NCBI GenBank assembly: GCA_001643675.2
Contig: LSRY02000035.1
Location: 992,001 to 1,056,000, forward strand
DNA from: Monocercomonoides exilis PA203
Lineage: Eukaryota; Protista; Preaxostyla
Length of the DNA: 64,000 bases
Reading direction: 5' to 3'
Positions 49,480 to 63,585 of the stretch are shown here, in pieces. A program made the position numbers and the translations under genes. The notes below the pieces were generated by a model, which searched no databases, was not told where the DNA came from, and saw nothing but the letters and a program-made list of their open reading frames with translations. Within the stretch, counting starts at the first letter, position 1, and each line of letters begins with the position of its first letter.

Positions 49480-50914
49480 CAATTAGAACATTATCAACTG
49501 CTTGCAAACACGAATGGGTGGAACGGCTCTTGATGAAATATGCAGAAGAAGTCGATGTGAAGCCCTGACAGCTGACACCAGATCTCGCATGCATCATTGT
49601 CCTCTTCTGCGGAAAAGAATGCATGTATCCTTTATCGTCGATTGAATACATCATTGTACCTTCCCTGAAAAGAATAAATATTGAAAAAAGAGGAAAAAGA
49701 TTAAATTGAAAAACACACCTTGCAACGCGGGAGGCTATACGATATCTTCGTTTTTCACGAAACGTAGAAATAAATGTTATTATCAGAGAGCCAGCACTAA
49801 TTATAGATGTTAAAAGAATAGATGGTTTCGAACCTTCAGCACTTGAATCCAAGGAGATGGAGGCTTCACTTCACTTTGTGGCTGTGCACACTGGGGCACC
49901 TGCTATCACTTTGGCAAACGTGCATCTATCAGACATTAAAAGAATAATTAAATCAGAAAAAACAAAGAAATTTTTATGCACACTTCGTTATAACCGAACC
50001 AAGGGCTCAGCAAATTGGAGGCACGAAGTGACAATTGAAGGATTGGAGGAGGAAGAAAGCGGAGACGATCCTGTTTATTGGCTGTCTGCTTATCTTAGGA
50101 AAAGATGTGGAATATTATCATCTCAATGGATTGAAAGAAAGAACTAGACAAACTTGAAGGAACTTCGACGACCAATCAGCACAGAATCAATGCACGAAAG
50201 CTTCAAGACAAGAGTTGTTGAAGCGGGCTATCCCAGTAGTCTCTATTGCTTCCATTCCCTCCGCAACGGCTTTATTTGTTCAACGCTAATTAAATGTGGG
50301 GCAAAAGAAGAAAAGCAAAAAGAAGCATTGGAAAAAACTACACTTATAGTTGGATGGACACCTTTTTGCTTTGCCCAGGCTGGTCACATTAAGAACGTAG
50401 TGAAACTTGCGATGGTTGCATCCAGGCTTGTCAGCCACGAAGATGAAGGAGAGAATGAGCCGATCATTGATGAAACGCTTTTGGAACTGGAAACATTTCA
50501 GGGGATTTAGTTCACATTTAACACATACCAAAAAAATGTTAGTTAACAATATCAAAAAAAAAATGAATGAAGGAACAATTCTTAACCGATAAGATTGATC
50601 CATAATTGAAGTAAATATTCTATGGAAGTTGAGCAAATATTTTGGTGGATAAGAATGAGAAAATGAGACATGTTTCTGAAAATAAGATGAAAAAGTTGGA
50701 AATTGAAAAAAAAAACGACATCGAACACATTGAAAAATTGAGAATTTATTCATGTGTAATTAATGTTGGTATAAAAGACAAACTTCACAACGAGGCCGAT
50801 GATGATTCAAAATTGGTTGATGAGTTTTGCTCTGAGACCGAGAAATACCAATTTTGTGAGTCTATCAATAAAGATTGTTACCAAGCAGTGGAACCAATTA
50901 ATTTGAAAAGATGA
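49480..50914 (+). pseudogene. Crypton-like tyrosine recombinase copy 1 (most diverged, disrupted)
   Basis: EASLHFVAVHTGAPA, KGSANWRHEVTIEG, AGYPSSLYCFHSLRNGFICSTL and IVGW align with 58332-60692. Several stops. Confidence 0.8.
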
Positions 50915-51599
50915 TAAATGAGAATGGAAAAAAAAGAAAAGTTTTGTTTATTATTTATAACAACATACTGAATATTTCCGACAAAAAATAACGGAATATG
51001 ATAACTTATCATAGTCTTTGAAAAGTTCAAAAAATCAACAAATCTTAGCACATAGCTGTTTATGAATATAAATAATACATCCAGGGTCAAAAATATGAAA
51101 TTCAAAGATATATTTTGTGAAGAAAAATTCATACAAAAAAACAGAAATTTTATGGCTTGATCAAATTTGTGCGCAAAAAGTTCGAAATTCAATATTAAAT
51201 AATTGATATGTAAATATTTCTCATTTGAATATTCATCAAAAAATAACAATTTTTGAAACAACATGAGTAAGATTAATGACACAAAAGATGAAATATTCAT
51301 CATGATAAATATCACATGTGATAACGACTAAACGTGAAAATGGTCAATGGAGTATTTGTATATGTTTCATCCAATTTTTTTTTAAATGTGAACAATCATG
51401 AATGTTGAGAAAAATGATCACAGGAAAAGATGAAAGTGATGCAAATGTTCAAAACGCATTTCATTATTATCAGAAACAGCATTCTGCTAAAGACATTTAT
51501 GAAATTGGATCATAATCATTATTCTATTATTTTTTTATATTGGTATTCAAATTTATCAAGCAAGTTAATGAACAAATGAAGACAGGATACCTGTTGGTT

Positions 51600-52398
51600 T
51601 TTTAAATTTTATTGCTTGTGCAAGTTTTTCTTCGTATTCTGAGACATATTCACAGAAGCTTGGAGGTGAAGAGATAATTAAGGAAATTGATGAAGCCATT
51701 TTTTTTTTGGAAAAGGAAATATCACAAGGAAAAAAAAACCTCAAATTTGGATATTTGGCAAGAATAAAAGAAATGTTGAAGGAAAGAAAATAAAATGCTT
51801 TCCGCTTCGAGTGCCAAATGGAAATAAAAGTACATTAATTCCGATCATCCAGGCTTATGTGATTAAGGGAATAATGATCTCCATTGGTGAATGGAAAGCC
51901 TGTCAGTGTTTTGAGAAGTTGCGAAATAAGCATTTGACAGTATGTCACAAATACAACTTTCGTGATCCTCTCTCTGGAATTTGCACATGTTTGATAGATG
52001 GAACTTGGAGCTTGCTCAGGAAAAGTTTCCCTAAAACTGGAGTCAAAACAAGATTTATTGATGATTTTTAAATGGTTTTTTTTGGAAAAAGAGATGAAAA
52101 TTTGACAATGAATAAATTTCTTTCTCATATCTTTCAATACAAACCAACAAATGAAAAAAATGAAGAAGAATCAGAAAGTGAAACCGAGGAAGATATCACA
52201 ATGGACAAAGATGATGATGAAAAAAGTGATCATAAAGAAACAAGTGATGATGATGTTCCAGTCATTGAATTTGAAGATAACATGGATGATGATATCGATC
52301 CTTTTGGAGCTGGAGATGGAGGTGGTGCATCATCGTTTGAGGAAGATAAACAATTTTGTTTTTTATTATTTTCATTATCTATTTTCGAAAAGAAATAG
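51600..52398 (+). pseudogene. Merlin (ISXO2-like) transposase remnant
   Basis: GGEEIIKEIDEA, KRKYHKG, TLIPIIQAYVIKG...GEWKA and HLTVCHKYNFRDPLSGICTCLIDGTWS. The acidic tail ending GAGDGGGASS resembles GAGDGSSASS at 5537-5725. Confidence 0.82.
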
Positions 52399-53068
52399 TA
52401 AGTTTTTTATATAATTTACTAAAATCCAATTTGAAAATTTGTTCTTTTTAATCGTCTATCTATTTTTTTAAAATCATAAAAATATTTTTAATGTAAATTT
52501 TTTTTTGAAAAAAATGTGTTTTTATGAAAACAAAAGATTGCTCAATTTTTAGTAGCTGAATATTTTTATATATCACATTATTAACTATTCTGCAAAAAAA
52601 TCTTATAAAGAACAAAATTTGAGCGACTACTGCAAGTTATCATTTTCCAAAATTACGTATCTGTATTGAAAAGTTATTTCAAGTGTATTGAATTGATAAT
52701 TAAAAAAGACAAAATAGGAAGCAAAATGTTAACAAAAGAAAATTGACAACTTGATTAATGAACTATCAGGCTAAGAAGATTTTGATAATGAAAGGAATTG
52801 TTGAGAAAGTATATCAGATGACACAGAAAATGAAGACGATTCCAGTTCCCTTTCTCAACAATATTATTTTTCCGTTGTAATTATGAAAAATGAAAAAAAC
52901 AAACGTTCAAAATCTTTTAAAGTCAAATCTTCAAAGCAAGAAAAGATGAAGAGAAAAACTGTATTGAAATAAGGAAAATATTTGCAATTGATTAAAAAAA
53001 GATATTAATTGATGTAAGAAAAACCGAAAACAATAAATGATATTGCATCAATGGATGATGTGTTTTGA

Positions 53069-54640
53069 GTGAATGTTGATAAAAATAAATTATATGGGAA
53101 AGTGGAGACAGAAGAATATCGTCCGATTCATCAAACAGCATATCCAAGTGTCACTCCATCTCTCAACACAACAAGATATATCTACGATTCACCAACAACA
53201 TTGTCAACAGCATTAAGAACAAATAGCAGAGAATCTATTCTTCCTTACATTAACATGGGAGTTCCTTTCAAAAAAGAGTCTGAAAGGTCTCATAATTGAG
53301 TTTACAAAATGTTTTCTCAATTTTGCAACTCAATGCGTAACAATGCTTGGCCATTGGAGGTGAAACCTGCTTATGGTTTTCAAAAGTTTCTTGGAATTGT
53401 ATTAAGATATTCCATGGAAACAATTAATGGATCTGTTATTCCAGCTTTTTATAAAATGTCAGAATACAAAACAAATGATATTGTGGATGACAATGTGAGG
53501 CATATTGTTAGAAGAGCTAAAATGGAAATTTATAATGCTTTAGATGAAATGTTTGAAAAAGAAAACAACGAATCAAATAAATATGGAGGTGTTCTTAATA
53601 GATCTCACAAAAAGGATGCATTAATTGTTGGAGATTTAGAGATTATTCTTGGATCAATGCCTGACTGGGTGGTGGAAAAACCAAGAGAGGCTTCACCATT
53701 TATCTTTGCTCTATCAACAGGATTAAGAGCTCATGCTTGTTCATTTGTGACGTTATAAGATATTTTGAGAGTATTCGTAAAGGAAGGATTGTCATTCGTG
53801 AAAATAACGTTCAATTTGTTTTTTGGAAAAGGGACAAGAGGTAATGATCATTGCGTTACGTTTGAGGGTGATTTGTGCTTTAAATATGATTTGAACTATG
53901 CTTGGTGGTTTGATGAGAATTTGGTTCAAGAGTTTGGAATATCACTAACACAATTTGATGATTGGAATGTTGGAGAGTTGAGAAACGAAGTGTTTGGGGG
54001 TTAAGAAAAGAATCAATGAAAGTTCGAATACAAAAATAAACGAAAAAAAACTTGATATCCTGAAGATTTATTTGCTTTTCACTCATTCAGATCCGGCTTT
54101 ATCTGTTCTTCACTTTAAAAGACTGGAAATAAACCTGTTCTTAAAGAAAGTGCATTGGAGACATCATCTTATATTGGCAATTGGAAAAAAAAACTCGAAG
54201 TGAAAAAGAGAGTGTCAGATACTCACTTCGTGGAACAGTTGTAGCAAATAGAGCCGGATTTCCTGATGCACTGATCGAATCATCCAAACCTTTCAGTGAA
54301 GATTTATCAGATCCACAAGTTTTTCACAACTTATCATTAAATCATAGCGAATGGAAGTTCGAAGATATTTTGGACAGTTTCAATTTCTTTGTTCTGCAAG
54401 TTATCAAATTCTCTTGCAGTCAACTTAAATACCCTGGAGCAATAGTTTTCAGATTCAATAAAATGGCTTCAAAAAACTTTTTAGATAAAGTTGGAATTTA
54501 AAAAGAAAAGAACGAAACGGATATCAAGGCTTCAAGAAGAACTATTTCTCGAAAATTCAACGTAAAGGAGGAAGGAGTTGAACCACAAACGAAGAAATTT
54601 CATTCAACAATGAATGAATACTTATTTAACAAATCATTCT
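53069..54640 (+). pseudogene. Crypton-like tyrosine recombinase copy 2 (disrupted)
   Basis: TTRYIYDSPT, PDWVVEKPREASPFIFALSTGLRA and GKGTRGNDHCVTFEG are collinear with copy 3. Stops at ~53297 and ~53756 and frameshifts near 54000-54200. Confidence 0.85.
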
Positions 54641-56468
54641 TTTCACTTCAAATTACTAACGAAAAATGAAAATTATAGTGACATGGGGATTAAAAATAAT
54701 GTTTAAGCTTTTTCATTGAAATAATACGCAATTTTTGTTGACTTTTTGTGATCAAAAAATTCGATAAAAATGAGTTCATTCATTGCAATATATGTGAGGG
54801 CACAAAACATTATCTTGTGATATCAATGATACCTATTAATGGATATGATAATTCATTTTATTTTGATATCCGATAAAGTTTGATAAAATTATGAGAGAAG
54901 TAATTTTTCTATGCGTTGTGCAAAAAAAGCTTGAAAGTCCGTATTTTCCCCCATTTGAGAATGTTAATATTTGATGAATATCACCTAATATAATTATATC
55001 TCGAAAAAAAATTCAGTTTCAAAATGAAATACATAGGTTTTGAAATTCATAATTTATTAAAAATATTCTATTTTTTTCGAAGATGTATTATTGAAAATTT
55101 CGATTCACATAAAAACTTATAAAACATTCCTTCTCAAAGAAAACTGTTCTTTTTTTAATGAAAGATAAAGTGAAGTATTTTTTTTTTCTATTTTTAATAT
55201 CATCACTCTGACGCTGTTTGAAAATTGAAAAATATCAAGTATTTAATATTAATAACGTATTTTTTTCCTTTTTTCATTAACCCAAAAAGTTAAAAAAAAT
55301 TTTCAATCAGAATGAATGAAAATTTTTAGGAAAACGTATTGTTATTCAATTGTAGATTTTTTAAAATTTTAGTAAAAATATGAATTGATTGAACTAAAAT
55401 CAAATAATGAAAAATTTTCATTCCACAAATCAATATATTTTTGGATCTCGAAATTGGAATTATTTTTGATGTTTACTGAAAGAATAATATTGAAAAAATA
55501 AAAAGCAGAAACATTGATGAATGCACACCAATAAGGGAAAAGAATATGAAAGTCTCTAACGATTTGTATTTAAGAATGTTAAAAAATTATTTGTTTTCTT
55601 CCAACTTATTTTTATAAATTTTTTAAAATATTTAAACAAAGCAATATTAACAATATTTAACTATTAACAATTAGATATTTTTTTAAGTTTTCAATGGTGT
55701 CACTTTTCATTTATTTACGAATGAAATACATAACTATCTAGCCCACAATTAGTTATTGGTTTTTTTATTTTGATATTTTATTAAACTTATTTTGAAGAAA
55801 GTTTCTTTGATTCTGAATCTCTTTTCTTTCAAAAACGATTAGAATTGTAATTTCCACATAATGCTATTGAATAATATGAACAAACAAGCATTTCATTACA
55901 AAATGCAGAAAAAATTGATGTGTGCTCTTATTTATTGTTGCTTTTTATTTGATTATAAAATAAAACAAAAAATATTTTTCAGAATATGAATGATTATTTA
56001 AATGAAACTCCGAAACCACAGCAACATTTTTCTATATTTAATGAAGTTTGCAAAAATATAATTATTTAAAAAAATATTTAATAATAGAATCATTAACATT
56101 TTTAATCAATTAACAGCAAATTCCAACACAACTGACTGCCTTTCTTAGCCCGACTTGCGGAAACGATGTCCTTATAAGCAGGAACGAGGTTTGCGAAAGG
56201 ATGATGAGGATGATGAATGAGCTTCTCTCTCCAATCGCATCATCATCAATCACTCCCGTCAACGCTTTTCAGACGAACATCTCAGCTCAACACTCCTCCT
56301 TTCAATCCACTCCATCGCCTTCTCACATCCACCAGAATCATCTGCAAACATTGACAGATCCAACTCAAACTCCTTCTTTTCAAAGAACATTTCTTCCTGT
56401 GTGCAATAAAGAATCAAATGAAGAAAAAAAAAATGAAAAAAGAAAAACATTTGTACAAATTTTTTTGT

Positions 56469-56482
56469 TTAGGTTAGGGTTA
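56469..56482 (+). repeat. short telomere-like motif TTAGGTTAGGGTTA
   Basis: Identical to 63590-63603. Confidence 0.6.
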
Positions 56483-57294
56483 CGTTTTTTTTGATTAAAT
56501 TTTTGATCTGACGATCCAGATCGTAGCAAAATATTGATTAACAAAATTTGCTCATTTTTTGAACCGGTATATTTGGAGTAAAATACAAATCATAGAGAGA
56601 TTTATGATTTTTTAAATATCATTTTTATAATAAAGTTTGATCATAATGTATTTAAATTTTTTCAACAGAAAAGGTTTTAATTGACTGGTTTACGTACACT
56701 TATCAATATCAGTGTTTCAGTGTTTTAAGCGGGTGTGAAGTCGTTTTTAATAAAAAACATTATTGACTATTGATTGTTTCTTTTTCTTATATGCATATGA
56801 AAATTGAAAATAAAAGCAAAGTTATTGATATCCATTAACAGTGAGCCTTTTAACATTTCAATTCAACAGAATCATCTGATTTGTATAAATTTTATAGCTG
56901 TTTGGCAGGTTCTTTTTTCAATTAAAAAGTCTATAAACAACAATGAACAATTATTTTGAACTTATGAACTTTTTCTTTGCTCTGAAAAACTGACTTGGAA
57001 GATAATTCCAATTGACTATAATAAATAACTTTATAGCGAATAATTATTTGCATGATTTCAATATTAAAATTTTCTAATTGTTCACAAAAAATATGAATAT
57101 TGTGATTTGATCAAAAATATTAATAAAGAAAAGAATATTTTTTATTACTGAGCAAACAATTTGAATGCAAAGCTTTCAAGCCTATCGCATTAATACGTAT
57201 GCACTTCATATTCTAATGATTTGTAAACTAATTCTGAATTGCTTCTGGATTACAGTCATAAGAATACAAAAATCGGAAGTTTGTATTTGATTTA

Positions 57295-60200
57295 ATGTTT
57301 AAAATTATAATATTAATTTTATTATCAACTTCAATAATAGAAAAAATCAGGAAAATTCAGAAAGAAACATTTTCTTCGGAAGATGACAGCAGCGACAGCG
57401 ATGAAAGTGATGAAACAACATCCGATGCAATTCTTTCCCCTTCACAACCTGGTTTTTTTTCTCCTCCGCCATTCTCTCCAGTTTATTTTCATCATTCTCC
57501 TTCTCATTCTCCATCACCGCGATCATCATATTCTCACTCTTTTTCACCTCCATTTTCTCCTTCATCTTCTTCTTCAATTCCTTGTCCGAGCTCTCCATTG
57601 CATCTGGCTTCAACTACACAAGAATACGAATCTGTAATTTCGACACCAATGTTTTATTGCCCAAGGTTGGCTTATAAAAAACAACATGATCAAGAAAAAG
57701 AAGAAGCAGCGTCCAATGAAAAAGAAATAGAGAAAAAGCCTTATTCATATTCAATTTCAAACTGGCTTCTAAATTTCATGAAAGAAGATGAAATTCCTTC
57801 TGTGGATTATTATTCAACGCTGTTAAAAAATCTTTCACCACAACCTTCATTAGATCACCTTCGAGATTATCAACATAAATCTCCATATCCGAGACCTCTT
57901 TTTATATCCCGAAAAGAAAATTTGGACAAGAAATGTTTGGAACACATGGAATCTTCAGACGATACTTGCACAAACGCGAAACAGAATAAGGCAGAGGAAA
58001 AACAGGAATTCAATTTGAAGAAATCGCACCCATCTTCTCAAACTGCACATGAGCAGAATGAGAAGAAAAGAACAAGCAATAAAAAAAGAAAACACAGAAG
58101 AGCGAAATATTCAGAAAAGAAATCAAATTCCTCAGAAAATGGTTTGCGTTTAAATCTAAGTTAATCTCATTCTTTAACTTTTCAAAAAAAGAAAAAGATA
58201 ATGTTTTCTCAGAAATCTCAGAAAATCCATTTACAGAATCGATATGCAATCAAAGAAATTCAGCTTCGGCTTCTGCATCTTGTTCGATTTCAACGAGCAA
58301 CATTTGTTGTGACACTTTTGAAAGAATATTCATGGAAGAAGATGGAACCGAGTTTATTTCGAATAAAATTGAAAAGAAGAGCGAAAAAAGAGAGAAAATT
58401 CTTGAAGAAAATTTAAAGACAAAACCTGACAGTCAAAACGAAGAAAATATTTCGTTGGAAGATAATGAATGCTTTGAAGTCGACTGCAGCACAACTCAAA
58501 GGAAATCAAAGATTGATTTTATGAAAAAACTTCCTTCTCTTATAAAGTCATCTTTTGAAGATTCTCAAACTGATACAGATGATAACACTTATGATTGCCA
58601 AACAGACATGGAAAATGCCAATTCATGCTATGAAGAGTTTTCATCTTCTCTATCAACAAAAGAAAACACAGACGATGATGAAATGAAAGATTCCGAATCA
58701 ACAGAAACAAATTGTGATTTTCAATATTGTGATTGCCATCCTTCAAAAATTAGGCACAAAGATAGAAAATCTTCAATTTGGTCCGCAATGCAATCATCCA
58801 AAAGAAGAAAGGTCTCAGTTCTTGTCAATGATAAGAATTTGTCAATTATTTCTGAAAAATTGGATGAATTGGAGAAAAAGGAAAAGGCGATATCTGAAAA
58901 AGTTTCATTTGAATCAAAAGATGCATTCGCTCTTGATTTCAAAGACTTATATGGAAATATTAATGCAACAATGTTAGATATTCTTCCAGACAATTCTTCA
59001 TCACCTTCAACAAACCCTGCATTGACAACACAAAGATATGCTTATGATTCTCCTACAAAGTTTTCAGATATGTTGAGATCCTATTCAAGAGAAGAGTTAC
59101 AACCATATGTGGAGAAGGGTTTACCATTCTGTGACGAAACTGTTAAAACACACAAATGGGTTTGTGGAATGTTCATTGATTATTGCAAAATGGCAAAGAA
59201 GGAACCTTTCCCATTGAAGGCAAAACCTGTGTATGGATTTATGAAGTTGCTTGGAACTGCAGTCGGTTATTCTGTTGAAACAATAAAGAATGGCATTCGA
59301 TCATCTCTTTTCAATATATCTGAGACAAAAACTGGAAAACCTGTGAAGGATAAAGTCAGAATGAAAGTTCATCGAGCATTAATGGAAATCAAAACATGGA
59401 TCAGAAAAAGAAAGAAGAAAGGATTGCCTTTGCCAAAAATGAGAGAGGAGAATGAAAATAAATGGAAAAAACAGCCTCTCATCGTATCAGATTTGCAACG
59501 TATTTTAGAATGCTATCCCGACTGGATAGTTGAGAAGCCCCAAGAGGCTTCCTTGTTCTTGTTTGCTCTTTCAACGGGAGCGAGAGCACAAACATGTGCT
59601 CATATAAGATTGAAGGATATCATCCGAGTTTACTCTCCTCCCAACTCAAATTTTATCAAAGTTACGTTTAATCTTGAGTGTGGGAAAGGGTGGAATGGTG
59701 ACAATCACTGTGTTACGGTGGAAGGAGCAATTAACGAAAAGCATCAACTTAACGTAATATGGTGGCTGGAGCAGTATTTGGTGGAGGAGTTTGGACTCTC
59801 CCTAACCAATTTTGACAAATGGGAGCTTAAGGAGTTGGAGGAGCAATTTATCTGGCAACTTAGAAAGGGTGCAATGAGAGTTCGACTGAAAAAAAGAGCT
59901 GTCCAAGCAGGTTATCCTGATAACCTGTTTGGCTTTCATTCCTTTAGGTCGGGTTTTATTTGCTCAGCTTTGCTAAAAGCAGGGGAAAACCAGGAAAAAA
60001 GGAAACAGGTGCTTGAGGCGACAGCTTTTGTAGGTAATTGGGCCTTCATTTCAAAATCCCAGTGGGAATATGTGAAAGAGACTGAGAAGGCTGTAATAAT
60101 TGGTAATAGGCTTGGATTCCAGGATGAAGCAATTGAATCCGATGATTACTATGATATGACTTTAACAAGTCCTGCAATATATCACAACATCAAATTAAAT

Positions 60201-60834
60201 GAGCCAATTTGGAAGGAGGAATCAATTATACTTGCATTTGACTTTTATGTTCTCGAAATAATAAAAGCCACGTGCAGTGAGTTCTTTTATCCATATAATT
60301 GCGTAATCCGATTGAATCGGTTGGCTGCTTCATCGTATTTGAATAATCATAATGTTAAGTGTGAAAAGGGAAACACATTCATGAAGCAAGCTAGAATCGA
60401 TTTATTACAGAAACTGAAGAAGAATAAAAATGTTGTGGAAGCAGTACGTTTATATTTAGCAGGAATACAAGAGTATTTGAATGGAAGCACGAAACTCAAA
60501 TTTCATAGACCAAAAGAAAAAGTTCCACTTAGAGAGAATAGACCCATCAACAAGATACTTGGAACAAAAATCAAGACGCAGATGGACAGCAGAAGAAGAT
60601 CGGATACTGATGAAAAGTTTTTTGCAGTCTGGAGATTTCAAAACTGCAAGTCAGCAATTATTCGAAAGAACTGCAAACTCTTGCAGAGATAGAATACGAC
60701 ACATCACGAAAGATAGATCAATGAGTGACTATTCAAAATCCATGACAAAATATGAACAATTTAAGACGGATCATCCACAATTGGGAAACTTGAACTCTGC
60801 ACCTGAGAAAGAGAAAGGAGGAGAGAAGAATTGA
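57295..60834 (+). CDS. Crypton-like tyrosine recombinase copy 3 with long low-complexity N-terminus and C-terminal Myb/SANT domain reached by a +1 frameshift; 5' end uncertain
   Basis: Catalytic set STGAR (R 59583), GKG, FGFHSFRSGF (H 59937), VGNW and EY (Y 60069). A 50-nt intron 58142-58191 joins the 57295 ORF in frame to the 58332 ORF. RRRWTAEEDRIL...RTANSCRDRIRHI (Myb) lies in the +1 frame after A5 at 60566-60570. Confidence 0.8.
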
Positions 60835-63585
60835 CACTCTTTATTATTGTTTGGAAGTTCATTTCCACAGGGCGCTTACTGTTTGTTTATATTCTCATTA
60901 TCTTTTTTTCATATTCAATCAGTACAATTGTTTTTTATTAATTCATACACAAACATTCCGATAAAAAGAGAGGTTTTAATAAAAGCGTGAAATGTTTTAA
61001 ATTGAGTTTTTAATTTTTCGTGTTTTGCAACATTAAAAACACCAATCTTTCTGTGACAAAAGATTATATATGTGGACTGAGATAAATGTTGCAACAAATG
61101 AAGGATAATTTAATTAGATTTGAGTAGGAAAACAAAAGCAAACTTGTTGTTGACGTTTTAAGCCTGGTGAACATTCTCAATGATGGAAGGAGGTTGCAGA
61201 CAGCACAATGAAAGCTAATTAGAATAGGAATCCATGAAACGCATATTTAATGAACGAATACGATGATCACAAACAAATGAATTGTGATGGTTGATCATTA
61301 AATATCAATGAGTTCATTCAAGTCATTCATCATCGTTTCTTCTTTAAATGAGATATATTCACAATCAAATGCATTGCAACATTTTTCAGAAATTGAGTTT
61401 ATCAAGAGTTTTTTGTTATTCATTTGTTTTGCAAAAGAAACAAATGGCGATTCGAGAAATGTTCTTAGAAAGATTTGTTTTTTGTCTCCGTTCGATCGTT
61501 GAAAATGGCGATGATAATTAATTTCTTTGTCATCTGAACAAGAGGAATTAAAGAAAGTCGAATGAAACAATCATCAAGTACAAAGAATAATGAATTGGTT
61601 TTTGGAAGATCATGTTGTTATCGATTATTCTAACGAGAAAACAAAAGCAAAATTGAATTGTTTTAGTTAAAGAAAAGTTATTCATGATAACACAAAAATG
61701 GGCAAAGTACTATTTCACCAAAAACTGCTGAATGATGAAATTGGAAAATTCATTTGAATCATGTGAAATGTGAATGATTGCTTTCTTTAATCATTTTGTT
61801 GGAGCATCTTCATTCAATCTGAATGCAGAAAAGATATTTCACGATGCATCCAAATACCAAATAACAAAGCACAACGAATAGCAAAAGTTTTGAATCAGAA
61901 TCAGTTTCTTTCAATTCTGTTTGAACACATAACTTGGTTTGGTTTTTTTTCAAATAATCTCTGTTTCAAAGGTAATTCTCAACAGTGCGCATGGATAAAT
62001 CTTTGCATTCACTCTATTGAATAGAGATGTTCGATATTTGCATGAGGAAGAAAGCAGAACAAAATACAAAATAAATGAGACAAAAAATATGTGAATCAGA
62101 CTGCACTATTACAGATTTTAACATAATTGAAGAATAATTTTCAAACAAAATAAGGATTTTGCGTTTCATTTTTATTTCACTTTGCTGATTTCGATAAATA
62201 AATTGTTATTGAATGTTTTGTTCTATATATTTTTTTTGTATGGTATTCATTGTGATCATAATTTGATACAGCAAGTTTTTTTCAAACAAATCAGAATTTT
62301 GTCAAGCAGTCATTCAAACATTAGATGATATAAAAAGTGTGTGCATTGTTAGCGAAAGTTATTTTATAAATGTTTATATTTTCATTGATTAATGACATTA
62401 AAAGAAAGAATTTATGTTTTGAGCAAACGAAATAGCTGTGATGAAGTTAAAAGATGAACGAAGATAGCGCAAAAAGAAAAAAGTAATTTGTTAAGCTGGA
62501 ACAAGATGCAAAGATGGAAAAATGCTGATAAAGGAAAATCCACTAAAGAAAAAATTTTCATGAAATGAAGTTTGATCGAATATGAAACATGAATGACAGT
62601 CGACATTTTTTCTCAACGCATTGGCACAAATTCGTTGTGAAAAACAATTGATGATATTATTCGGATCTGTTGTGGAAGAAAAGAATTGGCTGGAATGAGC
62701 TTGAAATGAAATCAAGAAGGACATTACGTTAATTGAAAGGACATCATCGATGATTTTCATTATCAACAAGATAAACTGTTGATAATAATAAGAATATACA
62801 TTTTCATTGAAGTTCATTGATTAATGTCATTATGATTACTTGAATTCAGTCTAGTTTTATTTGAAGTTTTAATGAAATCAAGGTTTGACATCAATATTTA
62901 ATAAAAAATAAAAATATTCAATTTATTTGATAATTTTTTTGACTTTTTATTGAGAGTGATATAAAATGAAATGTAGTATTTCTCAAATTATCATGAAATT
63001 GCTTACGAACTTTCGGAAAACAAAGGACTAGAAGAGATACTTGTTGTTTGTTGCATAAAGGTTTGAAAAACAATTATTGAATGAACGATAAAATATTTTC
63101 TTTAAGATTTCTCTTGATTTGTTGCATTCATTGAGATCTGAAAAAATAATGTCACAATTATTGCGAATTGTTATGATGGAATGAAATCGGATGAAGAATA
63201 AAATTTAGTGATGAAGATCTTTTGTCTGTAAAAGATTTGTAATGAATATTACGATGATTGCACGAAATACAAACAGCTAGTCAAGAAATCTATCACAAAA
63301 TGTGCAACATATCAGAACGGAAAAATAAATGTAAAGAAAACAGCACATACATGAAACAAGACGTAAGAATGATTTGTTAACGAATGTTGAGGATGTATCA
63401 CTCAAAATCAATTCGTTTCATAGTTTTTGCAAATGCTATATTACATAAAATTATAATATGGGAATTTTGATTTATTCAAATAAAAAATAAAAAATTTTGC
63501 AATTTTTAATTGAAATCAAAAAATAAAAATTTAAATAAATAAAAAAAAAATAATAGCGCTCCCCTAAGCTCGACGAGCAAAAGTC

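Noticed and set aside
58332-60692. YR as a telomere resolvase (protelomerase)
   Set aside because: The motifs (HSFRSG, GNW...Y) are Cre/Crypton-like, and the adjacent repeats are telomerase-type rather than a hairpin-telomere palindrome.
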